From positions 96,001 through 160,000 of the forward strand of contig CAXXSL010000013.1 of NCBI GenBank assembly GCA_963675525.2: a stretch of 64,000 bases of DNA, given 5' to 3'. The notes beneath the pieces are model-generated. The model saw nothing but the letters and a program-made list of their open reading frames with translations, was not told where the DNA came from and did not search any database. The position numbers and the translations under genes are program-made. Position 1 is the first letter of the stretch. Each line of letters starts with the position of its first letter. This DNA comes from Anaerohalosphaeraceae bacterium. Lineage in GTDB: Bacteria > Planctomycetota > Phycisphaerae > Sedimentisphaerales > Anaerohalosphaeraceae. Positions 10,539 through 21,623 of this stretch are shown here, piece by piece.

Positions 10539-12308
10539 TTAGGATTTCGCCTGGTCAAGGATCAGGTCTTTGACCTGCTCGCTCGGCAAATTCAATGCAC
10601 CGTATGCTCCGGCCGCGGCAGCCCGAAGTTCCGGATCCGTTTCCAGCGAACGGACCAGACCGTAGATCGCTTCAACCTGCTCGGTCAAAAGCAGATTCGC
10701 GTTAACTTTTGCCGAAACAACGAGAGAAGCAAACGCCGCGATACGAATATCCTGACTATTCTGCTCTGACAATGCCATTGCCACAATCGCTCGTTGAGCC
10801 TCGGGACTTTCCAGGTATGCCAGTGTTTCTGCCGCCAATACCTGCATTTCAGGACCGCTTTTTTCGGTCACTTCCGCCAGGGCCGGCAGTGCTTGTGATA
10901 AATCAACAACCATGTTCCGGACCAACGCCAGTTTACGCATTGCTTTGATCGCCCGTAACGCATACGTTTGAGATAATTCCGTACCGAATTCCTCAGCGCC
11001 TTCTTCAAGAATCGCCGAAACAAGGTTTTCAATGATCAATTTACTGCCGACAAACTCATTAACCGGATTCGCTTCGGCAAAAGCAATCGCCGCACTGAAA
11101 CGGACCTTCCGGTCTGTAAAGCCCAGCGCTTTTGCCAGCGGTTGTTCGGTACCAACACGGTACAGCAGCGATTTTTCGCCGGCATTTACTGCCATCGCCT
11201 CAACAACCCCCAAAGCAACATAGGCATCACCATTTTTCAACGCACGCTCCAGCGCCTGATGCAGGTATTCCGGCCCGGCGGTCGTCGCATACGTCATTGC
11301 ATCGGCATGACCGGTGTCAAAATACTCCGGCATCGGTACACCCACCGATTCGGCACGATAAAATCCAGCCAGCCATAAACCAATCGCCTTGCCGATCCCG
11401 GCGTCAGCCTTTAGCGCCCATTCACAACTGCGCATCGCCATCAGTTCATCAAAATATCGTTTATCCACTTCCCGACGGATCAGTGCCTGTTTCTCCGCAT
11501 CCCAAAACCAGATATTGGCAAAATTGTTCTCAATGCCCGAACTCAGGGAATCATCCTGATCATAATATTTCTCCGCCAGACTGAAAAATAATTCCGCCGA
11601 AGGAATCTTGATCGCATCTGAATCGATCTGTTCGATCGAATTGACGGCCTGATCTTTCAGCATCTCCGAAGAGTCGTTTTCGGCAATCCATTTCAAATAC
11701 GGCAGCGGTTCAAAGTAACCGATCTTGCCCAGCGCCCGTATGACTTCTATTTTTACTCCCACATCATCCATCTGTAACGCAGCAACCAGCGGACGGATAG
11801 CCGGCCGGCCGATTTTGGGAAGCGCTTCGGTAATATAGGCAAATTCGTTCTTGCGAGACTCATCGCCCAGTGCCGCCAACATATAAGGAACAGCATACTC
11901 GCCGGCATTTTTCAGATGTTCCTCAGCGGCAATTCGGCCGCGAATAGTGGTGCTCAACCGCTTAATCTCCTGAAAGATGATTTTGGGCTCAGTGCGGCGG
12001 ATATAACGCCCCTGCTCGATCAAGTCTAAAATCTTGCCGCTGACATCACGCAGTTCATCGCTGTCAGCGTGCATTTTCAGCAAAAGACGATATCCATCAG
12101 GATTATTCTCAGATAGAGCCAGCAACTCCGTCGGATCAACTTGGCCTTGAATGATCTGGTCGGCATAGCTTTTGGCCAGTTCAAAACGACCGATCGCGGT
12201 ATAATGCAGAAAATCATTCCAGTTTTCCTCAAGACTCGCGGCAAAGAGACTCGAATACAACAACAATACCCCCATCACCACCCATTTCAACGAACTTTTG
12301 TTTTCCAT
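10539..12308 (-). CDS. Secreted HEAT-repeat protein
   Basis: Start ATG 12308 with GGAGA RBS and signal peptide; HEAT-like repeats (VKIEVIRALGKIG, KVRFSAAIAFA, ELRAAAAGAYGAL). Confidence 0.8.
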   Translation of the reverse strand: MENKSSLKWVVMGVLLLYSSLFAASLEENWNDFLHYTAIGRFELAKSYADQIIQGQVDPTELLALSENNPDGYRLLLKMHADSDELRDVSGKILDLIEQGRYIRRTEPKIIFQEIKRLSTTIRGRIAAEEHLKNAGEYAVPYMLAALGDESRKNEFAYITEALPKIGRPAIRPLVAALQMDDVGVKIEVIRALGKIGYFEPLPYLKWIAENDSSEMLKDQAVNSIEQIDSDAIKIPSAELFFSLAEKYYDQDDSLSSGIENNFANIWFWDAEKQALIRREVDKRYFDELMAMRSCEWALKADAGIGKAIGLWLAGFYRAESVGVPMPEYFDTGHADAMTYATTAGPEYLHQALERALKNGDAYVALGVVEAMAVNAGEKSLLYRVGTEQPLAKALGFTDRKVRFSAAIAFAEANPVNEFVGSKLIIENLVSAILEEGAEEFGTELSQTYALRAIKAMRKLALVRNMVVDLSQALPALAEVTEKSGPEMQVLAAETLAYLESPEAQRAIVAMALSEQNSQDIRIAAFASLVVSAKVNANLLLTEQVEAIYGLVRSLETDPELRAAAAGAYGALNLPSEQVKDLILDQAKS

Positions 12309-12484
12309 CGATAATCTCCAATAAAATGATTCCGGGCCTGCCAGGCAGGCTATAACGTAAACATATTTTAAAAAAGTACTTACGGCTATAACACAAAAAC
12401 AAAAACAAAGTGTTCGTATCATTATAAGGGTCGCATGGAAGGTGTCAATGAAAAACCGCCCTCTAATGCCCCCCAAAACAGCTT

Positions 12485-13123
12485 TTAGTGGGCATAACCG
12501 TACAATTGATGCTCTCGGATATACTGAACCACCGAATTCGGTAACATCCCGGAAACGGATTCACCCCCAGCCAGTCGACGACGAATATCGGTACTGCTAA
12601 CGTCAAATAACGGCGTCTGGATCACGTTTTGCTGCAGATGAACGATGTGCTCGGGAGAAAACACCGATTGAAAACGTTCAAACGCAGGTTTCAGATACCC
12701 GGCCCGGTACATCACGCATATCCGGCATATCTCCAACAATTCCGTCACATTGTGCCATTTGTCAAAGTCTTCCAACTGATCGGCACCAATCAGCCAGTAT
12801 AAAAGGGTATCAGGTCCCTGTTTTTTTCTGAAATAGCAAATGGTATCGATTGTATAGCTGGGTTCCGGCCGATTTAACTCACAATCACTCACAGAAAAAC
12901 CCGGGATACTTTCAATCGCTCTCCGAATCATCTCCAATCGATGGACACCGGGTGTTGGAAGTTCGCTCTTATGAGGACTGCGCCGCGCCGGCACAAAGAG
13001 TAAGTGATCTGCCGATAGTTTTTCAAAAACAATCTGCGCAAGCCGAAGGTGACCATTGTGAATCGGATCAAATGAACCGCCGAACAGAATCGTTTTTGTT
13101 TTCTTCAACAAGTAATTCCTCAC
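12485..13123 (-). CDS. nadD: Nicotinate-nucleotide adenylyltransferase
   Basis: FGGSFDPIHNGH, SYTIDT, WLIGAD, VSSTDIR; start may instead be TTG 13108. Confidence 0.95.
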   Translation of the reverse strand: MRNYLLKKTKTILFGGSFDPIHNGHLRLAQIVFEKLSADHLLFVPARRSPHKSELPTPGVHRLEMIRRAIESIPGFSVSDCELNRPEPSYTIDTICYFRKKQGPDTLLYWLIGADQLEDFDKWHNVTELLEICRICVMYRAGYLKPAFERFQSVFSPEHIVHLQQNVIQTPLFDVSSTDIRRRLAGGESVSGMLPNSVVQYIREHQLYGYAH

Positions 13124-13567
13124 AAAAATCTGTTAAAACTGCTGTTGCCATTTTACCATGCAAGAGATTTCTTTGCAATTTTTGATTTTTTTTTAATTTT
13201 TTTTTACTTCGTTCGTTAGGTTGAAATACGCTGCTCGACCGTCTTGTCCTTACGCACAAACCGACGGACCGCACGGTCCGATGAAAAAACAAAACTTTAA
13301 AAATATGACACTCTAAGCATTGTTTGGATGCAAAATCTAACATCGTCTTTCATTTTATAGAACGCGACGTCAACAAGACAAGGCTGGCTTACTTTATGGA
13401 AGTCCGTCGCTGATAAGCGGTTACAGTGCTGCCAACCAAGGCCGTAATTTCATTTTTTATCAAGGATTCGGGTGATTTTTGTCGATAAAGGTGTATAATA
13501 TGAGCAATCGTATAGTGAACTTTTTTGTTGACGTATTAAAAAACCTTTGAAAGGAGGTGACAACGTT

Positions 13568-13750
13568 ATGGCAAAGAAAAAAGCTGCTAAGAAAAAAGTT
13601 GCAAAGAAGAAAGTTGCTAAGAAAAAAGTAGCAAAGAAGAAAGTAGCAAAGAAGAAAGTTGCTAAGAAAAAAGTAGCAAAGAAGAAAGCCACAAAAAAGA
13701 AAGTTGCTAAGAAAAAAGCTACGAAAAAGAAAGCCACAAAGAAGAAATAG
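13568..13750 (+). CDS. Lysine-rich histone H1-like pentapeptide-repeat protein, (xxKKK)12
   Basis: AAGGAGGTGA RBS; 60 aa with 36 Lys; synonymous codon variation among the 15-bp repeats; followed by a terminator. Confidence 0.85.
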   Translation: MAKKKAAKKKVAKKKVAKKKVAKKKVAKKKVAKKKVAKKKATKKKVAKKKATKKKATKKK

Positions 13751-13781
13751 TGTGAGTCTCGACTCCACTGTTGTGGTAATT

Positions 13782-13825
13782 AAAAAGGAAGGTTTCTCAT
13801 CCACATTGAAACCTTCCTTTTTTTT
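13782..13825 (+). terminator. Intrinsic terminator
   Basis: AAAAAGGAAGGTTTC / GAAACCTTCCTTTTT stem followed by a T run. Confidence 0.85.
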
Positions 13826-14075
13826 GAAACTCTTTTGCCCGCTGGAGAATCTAAACCACAGTAAGCCGGGGGGTTCGAAAACCGGAACATCAATATGTAT
13901 TGTGTTTCAAAAACATATTGATTAAGCTATTTTCATCACTCTAAAGGCCTTTTTTAGTCTCTGAAACCCTTTAAAAAAACTTTGCAACCGTCATAAATTA
14001 AGTATATAATCAGGACGTTGTATATAAAAGCAGCTTTTTACGCAGGTTGCGTAAAACAATAAGGGTAACAGAACT

Positions 14076-14492
14076 ATGGTAAAACCGAAAATAAAAGCGG
14101 CAAGTGTTATTTTTTGCGCTGTGATCGGGTTTTTGTGTCTTGTTGGGTTCTCGGAACAGCGATACAGCGAAAAAACGTCCGAGAGCATCGTCGCTGTACC
14201 GATTCAACTGACACGGGATTCATATGGGCTGGCACTCATTGATCCCGGCAATCAAACGCTCTGGGTCTATGAATTCAATACCCGAGGGCAGACGTTCGAT
14301 CATCTTCGATTAATGGCCGCCAGGAGCTTTGCCTATGACCGAAAACTGACTGAATGGAACACCGGAACACCGACGCCCGCACAGGTCAGGGAAATACTGG
14401 AGGCGATGGAAAAAACACAGCAGGATAAGGAACAAAGACAGGACTCCAAGGTCGAAGCACTTGAGCAAGTTCTCGAACAGGAACTAAACTGA
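14076..14492 (+). CDS. Exported or membrane-anchored hypothetical protein
   Basis: N-terminal hydrophobic helix; beta-rich YGLALIDPGNQTLWVYEF...LMAARSFAYDRKL core. Confidence 0.7.
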   Translation: MVKPKIKAASVIFCAVIGFLCLVGFSEQRYSEKTSESIVAVPIQLTRDSYGLALIDPGNQTLWVYEFNTRGQTFDHLRLMAARSFAYDRKLTEWNTGTPTPAQVREILEAMEKTQQDKEQRQDSKVEALEQVLEQELN

Positions 14493-14531
14493 TATTATTC
14501 AAATAATAGCTTAAACTCGGGGAAAATTAAA

Positions 14532-15608
14532 ATGGCTGAAGATTTTTACACAATGCAGGACGTGACGGAAAAACTCCGCAAGACGGAGCAGGAGGTACAG
14601 GAATTGGTAAAACAGGGCAAACTGCGTCAGTATATGGATGCCGGTAAGCCCATGTTCAAGACCGAGGATATTGACGCGCTTTCCGAAGAAATCGAGGGGC
14701 TTGACATTTCCGCTATTGCCCTCAACCCGGAAGAGTCCGAGATGGAACTGGAACTGGAAGAAACATCAGAAATCCAATTATCGCCGGACCAATCTGGCGA
14801 TCAGGAGCTTTCTGATGGACCCAAACCCGCCGGACCGGAAAGCGAAGGCGGATTCGGGCTCAGCCAGATGGGCGACTTGACAATGGGCGATACCAATGTC
14901 GGAACGGTCGGCATTAACATCCTCAGCGGAACCGAAGACGCTTTCAAGCTTACTGAAGATACCAAAGCGGAAACTCAATCCGTTGACGCGGCGGAAATCG
15001 AAGAAATCGAAAGTCTGGATGCGGATGCCAATATGGAAAGCTTCGGCAGCGGGTCGGGGCTTTTGGATCTATCGCTTCAAGCTGATGACACCTCACTGGG
15101 TGCGGTATTGGATGATATCCTGCCCACAGGAGCAGATGAGGGCGGGTTGGACGCAGGCAATCTGCCCACTGAGCAGTTGGGACTCGTAGAAGAAACCGAA
15201 GACTTACTGGCAGAACCAGCCATGGCTGACGAGGCTCCCATGGCACAGGTATCGGCGGCAACACCGCAGGGCGCTATGCAGATGGCGATGGTCGCTCCGG
15301 TGGACCCGCGAACAAACCTGTTCGGTATCGCCATGTTTTTGCCGCTGGCAGCGATTATCCTGGCGGGAATCATTCTTACGGCAGCCATGCAGGGCGTTCG
15401 GCCTTCATTGCTGAATGCAATCATAGAAACCCAAATCGCCGGACTGGGGCTGTTTTGGTACATTTTAGGCGGACTTGCCGTATTCTCCGTAATTTTCTGT
15501 TTGTTCGCTTCTCTTGGCGGAGGCGGCGGAACTCCTAAATCGCCAAAAGTTAAGAAAGCCAAAAAGGAAAAGCCTGTAAAAGTAAAGAAGAAGAAAAAAG
15601 GCAAATAA
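14532..15608 (+). CDS. HTH (MerR/excisionase-like) domain, long acidic linker, two TM helices and Lys-rich tail
   Basis: FYTMQDVTEKLRKTEQEVQELVKQGKLRQYMDAGKPMFK N-terminus; D/E-rich middle; C-terminal TMs. Confidence 0.75.
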   Translation: MAEDFYTMQDVTEKLRKTEQEVQELVKQGKLRQYMDAGKPMFKTEDIDALSEEIEGLDISAIALNPEESEMELELEETSEIQLSPDQSGDQELSDGPKPAGPESEGGFGLSQMGDLTMGDTNVGTVGINILSGTEDAFKLTEDTKAETQSVDAAEIEEIESLDADANMESFGSGSGLLDLSLQADDTSLGAVLDDILPTGADEGGLDAGNLPTEQLGLVEETEDLLAEPAMADEAPMAQVSAATPQGAMQMAMVAPVDPRTNLFGIAMFLPLAAIILAGIILTAAMQGVRPSLLNAIIETQIAGLGLFWYILGGLAVFSVIFCLFASLGGGGGTPKSPKVKKAKKEKPVKVKKKKKGK

Positions 15609-15715
15609 GTAAATTTCATGAAAAATGGCTTTTTTAGCCGACATATTTTATATGGAATAGTGCAGTTTAACACGGCAAAGACAAATGGATTGACCTTTCT
15701 GGAAAGGGGATAAGA

Positions 15716-16495
15716 ATGAACAGGAGCAAATGTTTGGTATGGACGCTGGCGTGTGCGATGATTCTTTTGACGGTCGGGTGCGAATGTTCCCAGCCATACG
15801 ACGATCTAAAAGCCCAAAACCGCATCCAGCAACAGCGAATCGAAGACATTGAGGGCCAATTAGGCCTTTGCAATGCGGATCTCCAGCAGAAAATTCAGGA
15901 ACTGGAAGGGATTTCCGGCCAGAGTGGTGCTAATCTGGATGCCAAGAACGCCATGATCGCAGCACTGGAATCCGATATCGAAAAGAAAAAAGCATTAATT
16001 GCCAAAATGCAGGCTCAATTGATGCAGGCCGGTGCTCCCCTGCCGCCGGAAATGAACCTTCTGCTGCAGGATTTCGCCAAAACCAGCGACATGATCGACT
16101 TTGATGCCTCCACCGGAATGCTCAAGTTCAAAAATGATCTGTTGTTCACCTCCGGCAGCGATCAAGTTACCGGCAAGGCAACAGACGCGTTAAAAGCTCT
16201 GGGCAACATCATGAATTCAGCCGAAGGCAAGCAGTTTGATATCGTCATAGTCGGTCACACCGACGATGTCCCGATCAAGCGGCCCGCCACCCTGCAAAAA
16301 CACCCGACTAACTGGCATTTGTCGGTTCATCGGGCTATCGGTGTCATGAATGCACTCAGCAGCGGCGGCATCGCCCCTGAACGGATGGCCGTCAAGGGTT
16401 ATGGCGAATATCGACCGGTTGCCCCCAACAAGCCAAACAAGGGTGGCAACGAAGCCAACCGCCGTGTGGAAATCTTTATTATTCCCGCATCCTGA
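15716..16495 (+). CDS. OmpA/MotB-family peptidoglycan-binding lipoprotein with coiled coil
   Basis: Lipobox LTVGC; IVGHTDDVPI, NWHLSVHRA, GYGEYRPVAPN, NRRVEI. Confidence 0.88.
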   Translation: MNRSKCLVWTLACAMILLTVGCECSQPYDDLKAQNRIQQQRIEDIEGQLGLCNADLQQKIQELEGISGQSGANLDAKNAMIAALESDIEKKKALIAKMQAQLMQAGAPLPPEMNLLLQDFAKTSDMIDFDASTGMLKFKNDLLFTSGSDQVTGKATDALKALGNIMNSAEGKQFDIVIVGHTDDVPIKRPATLQKHPTNWHLSVHRAIGVMNALSSGGIAPERMAVKGYGEYRPVAPNKPNKGGNEANRRVEIFIIPAS

Positions 16496-16529
16496 CAGCT
16501 TTGATATGCATTGTGGACCTGGAGAACAG

Positions 16530-16991
16530 ATGGCTCAGCAAACTCTGATCATAATTAAGCCGGATGCGGTGCAGCGGCATTTGACCGGACAAATTCTCTC
16601 TCGCTTTGAGCGAAAGGGACTTAAGATCGTCGCCGCCAAATTCATGCAGATTTCGCAGGAACTGGCCCAAAAACATTACGCCGTCCACAAAGGCAAACCA
16701 TTCTTCGAAGGCGTCGTCAATTACATGTCTTCTTCGCCTGTGTTGGTAATGGTGTTGGAAGCCGAGGACGTCATTGCCATGAGCCGCAAACTCATGGGCA
16801 AAACCTTCGGCAACGAAGCCGAACCGGGCACCATTCGCGGCGACTTCGGTGCCTGCCGGGGATATAATCTCATCCACGGTTCCGACAGTCCTGAATCCGC
16901 AGAATATGAGATCGGCCTGTACTTTAAACCCGAGGAAATCGTCGATTACACGCTGGCCGACGAAGACTGGCTCTACGGTAGCAACGATTAA
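16530..16991 (+). CDS. ndk: Nucleoside diphosphate kinase
   Basis: QTLIIIKPDAVQR, PGTIRGDF, NLIHGSDS; start ATG 16530. Confidence 0.98.
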   Translation: MAQQTLIIIKPDAVQRHLTGQILSRFERKGLKIVAAKFMQISQELAQKHYAVHKGKPFFEGVVNYMSSSPVLVMVLEAEDVIAMSRKLMGKTFGNEAEPGTIRGDFGACRGYNLIHGSDSPESAEYEIGLYFKPEEIVDYTLADEDWLYGSND

Positions 16992-17032
16992 AAACGCCGG
17001 GGCGCAAGCCCCGCGAATGATTTACAAAACCC

Positions 17033-17060
17033 AAAGCCCCTTTCCAAAGGGGCTTTTTTT
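17033..17060. terminator. Bidirectional terminator between convergent genes
   Basis: AAAGCCCCTTT-CC-AAAGGGGCTTTTTTT. Confidence 0.75.
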
Positions 17061-18651
17061 ATGGCTTCTGAAACTCTTCCTGCATGTGCTTGCGTATCAA
17101 CTCGGCCAATTTTTTTTCCAATTCCGGCGTCCGGCCATGTGCATAGGGATCAATAATCCCAATCTTAAAGTCGATATCGGGATCGGGCCGGATGATTCGG
17201 ATTTTATGGTCGACTTCGCCATTTGGCGGAATAACTTTGATAATGTATTTTTTACCCAGAACAGGTCTGACAATCTTCGGGTTCCTTACAAGCCATTTCC
17301 TGATTTTATTAACAGTTTCCAACTGTCCCTCCAGCACAATCGAAAGGGGCTCTTCAAAAGGGATTATCTTAAATTTCACTAAATTGCTTGTTACTCCAGC
17401 TGTCGCCTCTACCGGTTTATCGTTCCTATCCATCTTCACATACATAGGTTTATAACGAAATCGCAACGAATGATGGCCCACGTCCAGTTTCAACAGCATG
17501 GCGGTTTCTTTGGATCCCCATTCTTCCGTCAGCGTAATTTGAGCAAAGTCGTAATTCACTTTTTTAGGATTTAAGGGGAAAGACAGAATATCGAACGCCT
17601 CTGGGCCGCCCCATCGATACCACTGTCCGTCCACTTCAATTTCAAAAAACTGCTGAAGCGGGGTGCAACTGAATACCTTATCGCCAATATTCAGCAGATC
17701 CACAATGATCGTTACCGTTTCTTTGGTATTAAAAGCGAGTTTCTTTGGTCGAATTTTCATGCAAAGGCCGTCCGCCGCCTCACCCCACAAGTCCGCATCC
17801 TCTCCCTCCAGCGTTTCCTCCGGCTTGCGCAACCACCACGGCGCCTCCATCATGGCTTTGGCTTCGGCTTCATCCGAATAAAAGGTGTGCATCTTTTCAT
17901 TGCGATAATATTCCCAGAACAATTCTTCGGCCTCTTTATTGAAAAACTCAATACTCCCCTTGGTTTGCTCGTCTTCGAAGAACTTTCGGTAGGCATCCAG
18001 CGGCTCAGGTCCGGCCTGTTGAAAAATCACTCGCCCGCCGTATTGATCATAGAGCCGATTGCAAATTTTCCAGATTAGAATCATTCTTTCAGCCGGAGTA
18101 TTACGGCCTTTAAAATGCCCTTCTGATTCAGCCATTCTCGTTGCGACGCCATTGTAAAGTTCCACTTGACCGGTTAATTCAGAACGCTTCTGCTCATCCA
18201 GATTATCCGCTTCGAGTACTTTTTGTAGACTATTCACCTTCTTTTGAGCCTTTTCAGCCTGCGACATCATAGACCGCAGCATACTGTTATTAAACTGTTC
18301 GATATCTTGTTCTGTAACCTCAATCTCCTTTTCCTTTGCGTATTGTTCAAATAACAGCCAAAAATAATTGGAAAGATTGGATCGCCAATGCTGTCGTTTC
18401 CATTCCTCTAACTGCTCCGGCGTCTTGTCGCTTGCGTATTTTTCTATCTGGCTCCCTGAAGGATTGATATCTTTCAAATAGATGTTTTGGTCCAGAACCC
18501 GCGCAATCAAAGCATCTCCCGGCAAGTCATTTAAGGAAACTGAAACCGAAAGATATTTCTCATTCGCATCGTCAGAACTGGAAGCATTGGACAGCAAATT
18601 CCCGCAAAAAATGAAAAAGAACAACGAAATGAAAGTCCACGTCAGTTTCAT
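17059..18651 (-). CDS. Secreted multidomain hypothetical protein (helical SurA-N-like region plus Ig-like domain)
   Basis: Signal peptide; YAKEKEIEVTEQDIE helical region; WGEAADGL-initiated beta domain; family assignment tentative. Confidence 0.6.
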   Translation of the reverse strand: MKLTWTFISLFFFIFCGNLLSNASSSDDANEKYLSVSVSLNDLPGDALIARVLDQNIYLKDINPSGSQIEKYASDKTPEQLEEWKRQHWRSNLSNYFWLLFEQYAKEKEIEVTEQDIEQFNNSMLRSMMSQAEKAQKKVNSLQKVLEADNLDEQKRSELTGQVELYNGVATRMAESEGHFKGRNTPAERMILIWKICNRLYDQYGGRVIFQQAGPEPLDAYRKFFEDEQTKGSIEFFNKEAEELFWEYYRNEKMHTFYSDEAEAKAMMEAPWWLRKPEETLEGEDADLWGEAADGLCMKIRPKKLAFNTKETVTIIVDLLNIGDKVFSCTPLQQFFEIEVDGQWYRWGGPEAFDILSFPLNPKKVNYDFAQITLTEEWGSKETAMLLKLDVGHHSLRFRYKPMYVKMDRNDKPVEATAGVTSNLVKFKIIPFEEPLSIVLEGQLETVNKIRKWLVRNPKIVRPVLGKKYIIKVIPPNGEVDHKIRIIRPDPDIDFKIGIIDPYAHGRTPELEKKLAELIRKHMQEEFQKP

Positions 18652-18699
18652 TCAAGTCACTCCTTAGCCTTTGAGTGTCGAAAAAATCTTCGCGATTCA

Positions 18700-18790
18700 T
18701 ATTATAACCGAACAGATAATTTACATCTATCTATTTAGATGTATAATAGAGGTAATCGTTACCCGTTTTTTGCATAATTTATGTAAAAAT
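18700..18790. promoter_or_regulatory. Divergent promoter region with operator-like palindromes
   Basis: TACATCTA-N6-TAGATGTA (18722-18743) overlaps TTTACA-N16-TATAAT; also GGTAA-TCG-TTACC and TTTTGCATAA-T-TTATGTAAAA. Confidence 0.5.
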
Positions 18791-18828
18791 CGACCGTTTA
18801 TGCGATTTCGATGATTATAACTCTTTAA

Positions 18829-20844
<2,016 letters not shown>

Positions 20845-20854
20845 CCATATACAG

Positions 20855-20889
20855 TCTGAAATCTCAAATTTGAGATCTGAAATTTGAAA
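20855..20889 (+). repeat. Five degenerate TCTGAAA heptamers upstream of the four-helix-bundle gene
   Basis: tctgaaa tctcaaa tttgaga tctgaaa tttgaaa. Confidence 0.85.
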
Positions 20890-20908
20890 TAAACAAAAGG
20901 AGCTTCCA

Positions 20909-21421
20909 ATGAAATACAACCGTTTTGAAGACCTTCCTGTATGGAAAGCCTCCATCGAACTGGCCCAACGCATTTATGTTCTTACACGTAACACGTTTTT
21001 TTCACAGCCGGGAGATCTTCGTGACCAGCTTCGTCGGGCGTCTCTGTCGGTTTCAAACAATATTGCGGAAGGCTTTGAACGCGGCTCAACCGCTGAACTG
21101 CTGTACTTTCTGTATATTGCCCGAGGCTCATGCGGAGAAACACGCTCGATGCTGTGTTTTACCGAACAATTTGAAAACACCGCTCATCTCAAACATGAAA
21201 TTTCAAACCTTATAGCACTCGCCGAGTCCTGCTCACGACAGATACGGGCATGGGCGGACAGCCTGCAAAACAGCGATATCAAAGGCCAGCGTCACCTCAA
21301 TGAGGCCGCACGCGAGATATATGAGTCAAAAAAACGAAGAACCGCTTTCGAAAAGCAACTGGAAGAAACCATGCGCAAGATTCGCCCGCAGGACTTCCCC
21401 CAAGCCGAAAACAAAGCATAA
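20909..21421 (+). CDS. Four helix bundle protein (23S rRNA IVS protein / bAvd-like family)
   Basis: FEDLPVWK, LRDQLRRASLSVSNNIAEGFER, FLYIARGSCGETRSML; AAGGAG RBS. Confidence 0.93.
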   Translation: MKYNRFEDLPVWKASIELAQRIYVLTRNTFFSQPGDLRDQLRRASLSVSNNIAEGFERGSTAELLYFLYIARGSCGETRSMLCFTEQFENTAHLKHEISNLIALAESCSRQIRAWADSLQNSDIKGQRHLNEAAREIYESKKRRTAFEKQLEETMRKIRPQDFPQAENKA

Positions 21422-21424
21422 AAA

Positions 21425-21515
21425 CCTGAAATCTAAGATCTGAAATCTGAGATCTGAAATCTGAAATCTGAAATCTGAGATCTGAGATCTGAGATCTGAA
21501 ATCTGAAATTTGAGC
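21425..21515 (+). repeat. Thirteen TCTGA(A/G)A heptamers in tandem downstream of the four-helix-bundle gene
   Basis: Read directly; starts 3 nt after the stop codon. Confidence 0.93.
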
Positions 21516-21581
21516 TTAAAAAAACCAAACACAAAAATCCCAAAAAAACTCCCCCCAAGCCCCCGTGGGGGGCGACAGAAC

Positions 21582-21619
21582 CATCCACTTCATCCTAACG
21601 GATTCAGTGGCTGCCACCC
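21582..21619. repeat. Dispersed palindromic motif CATCCACYTCAT..ATTCRGTGGCTGCCACCC, copy 1
   Basis: Matches 36623-36655. Confidence 0.75.
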
Positions 21620-21623
21620 GTCG

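Noticed and set aside
13460..13488. Sigma28 promoter for the histone-like gene (TCAAG...GTCGATAA), by analogy with chlamydial hctB
   Set aside because: The spacer is about 2 nt too long, and a TATAAT sigma70 -10 lies immediately downstream
13450..13804. Antisense Phe-rich ORFs (FFFAT repeats)
   Set aside because: Mirror of the Lys-repeat gene; the RBS and terminator support the plus strand
13861..13890. tRNA-like GGTTCGAA
   Set aside because: No cloverleaf arms or acceptor stem can be formed
21582..21623. Integron attC site
   Set aside because: No RYYYAAC/GTTRRRY boundaries and no integron integrase; kept only as an unexplained motif
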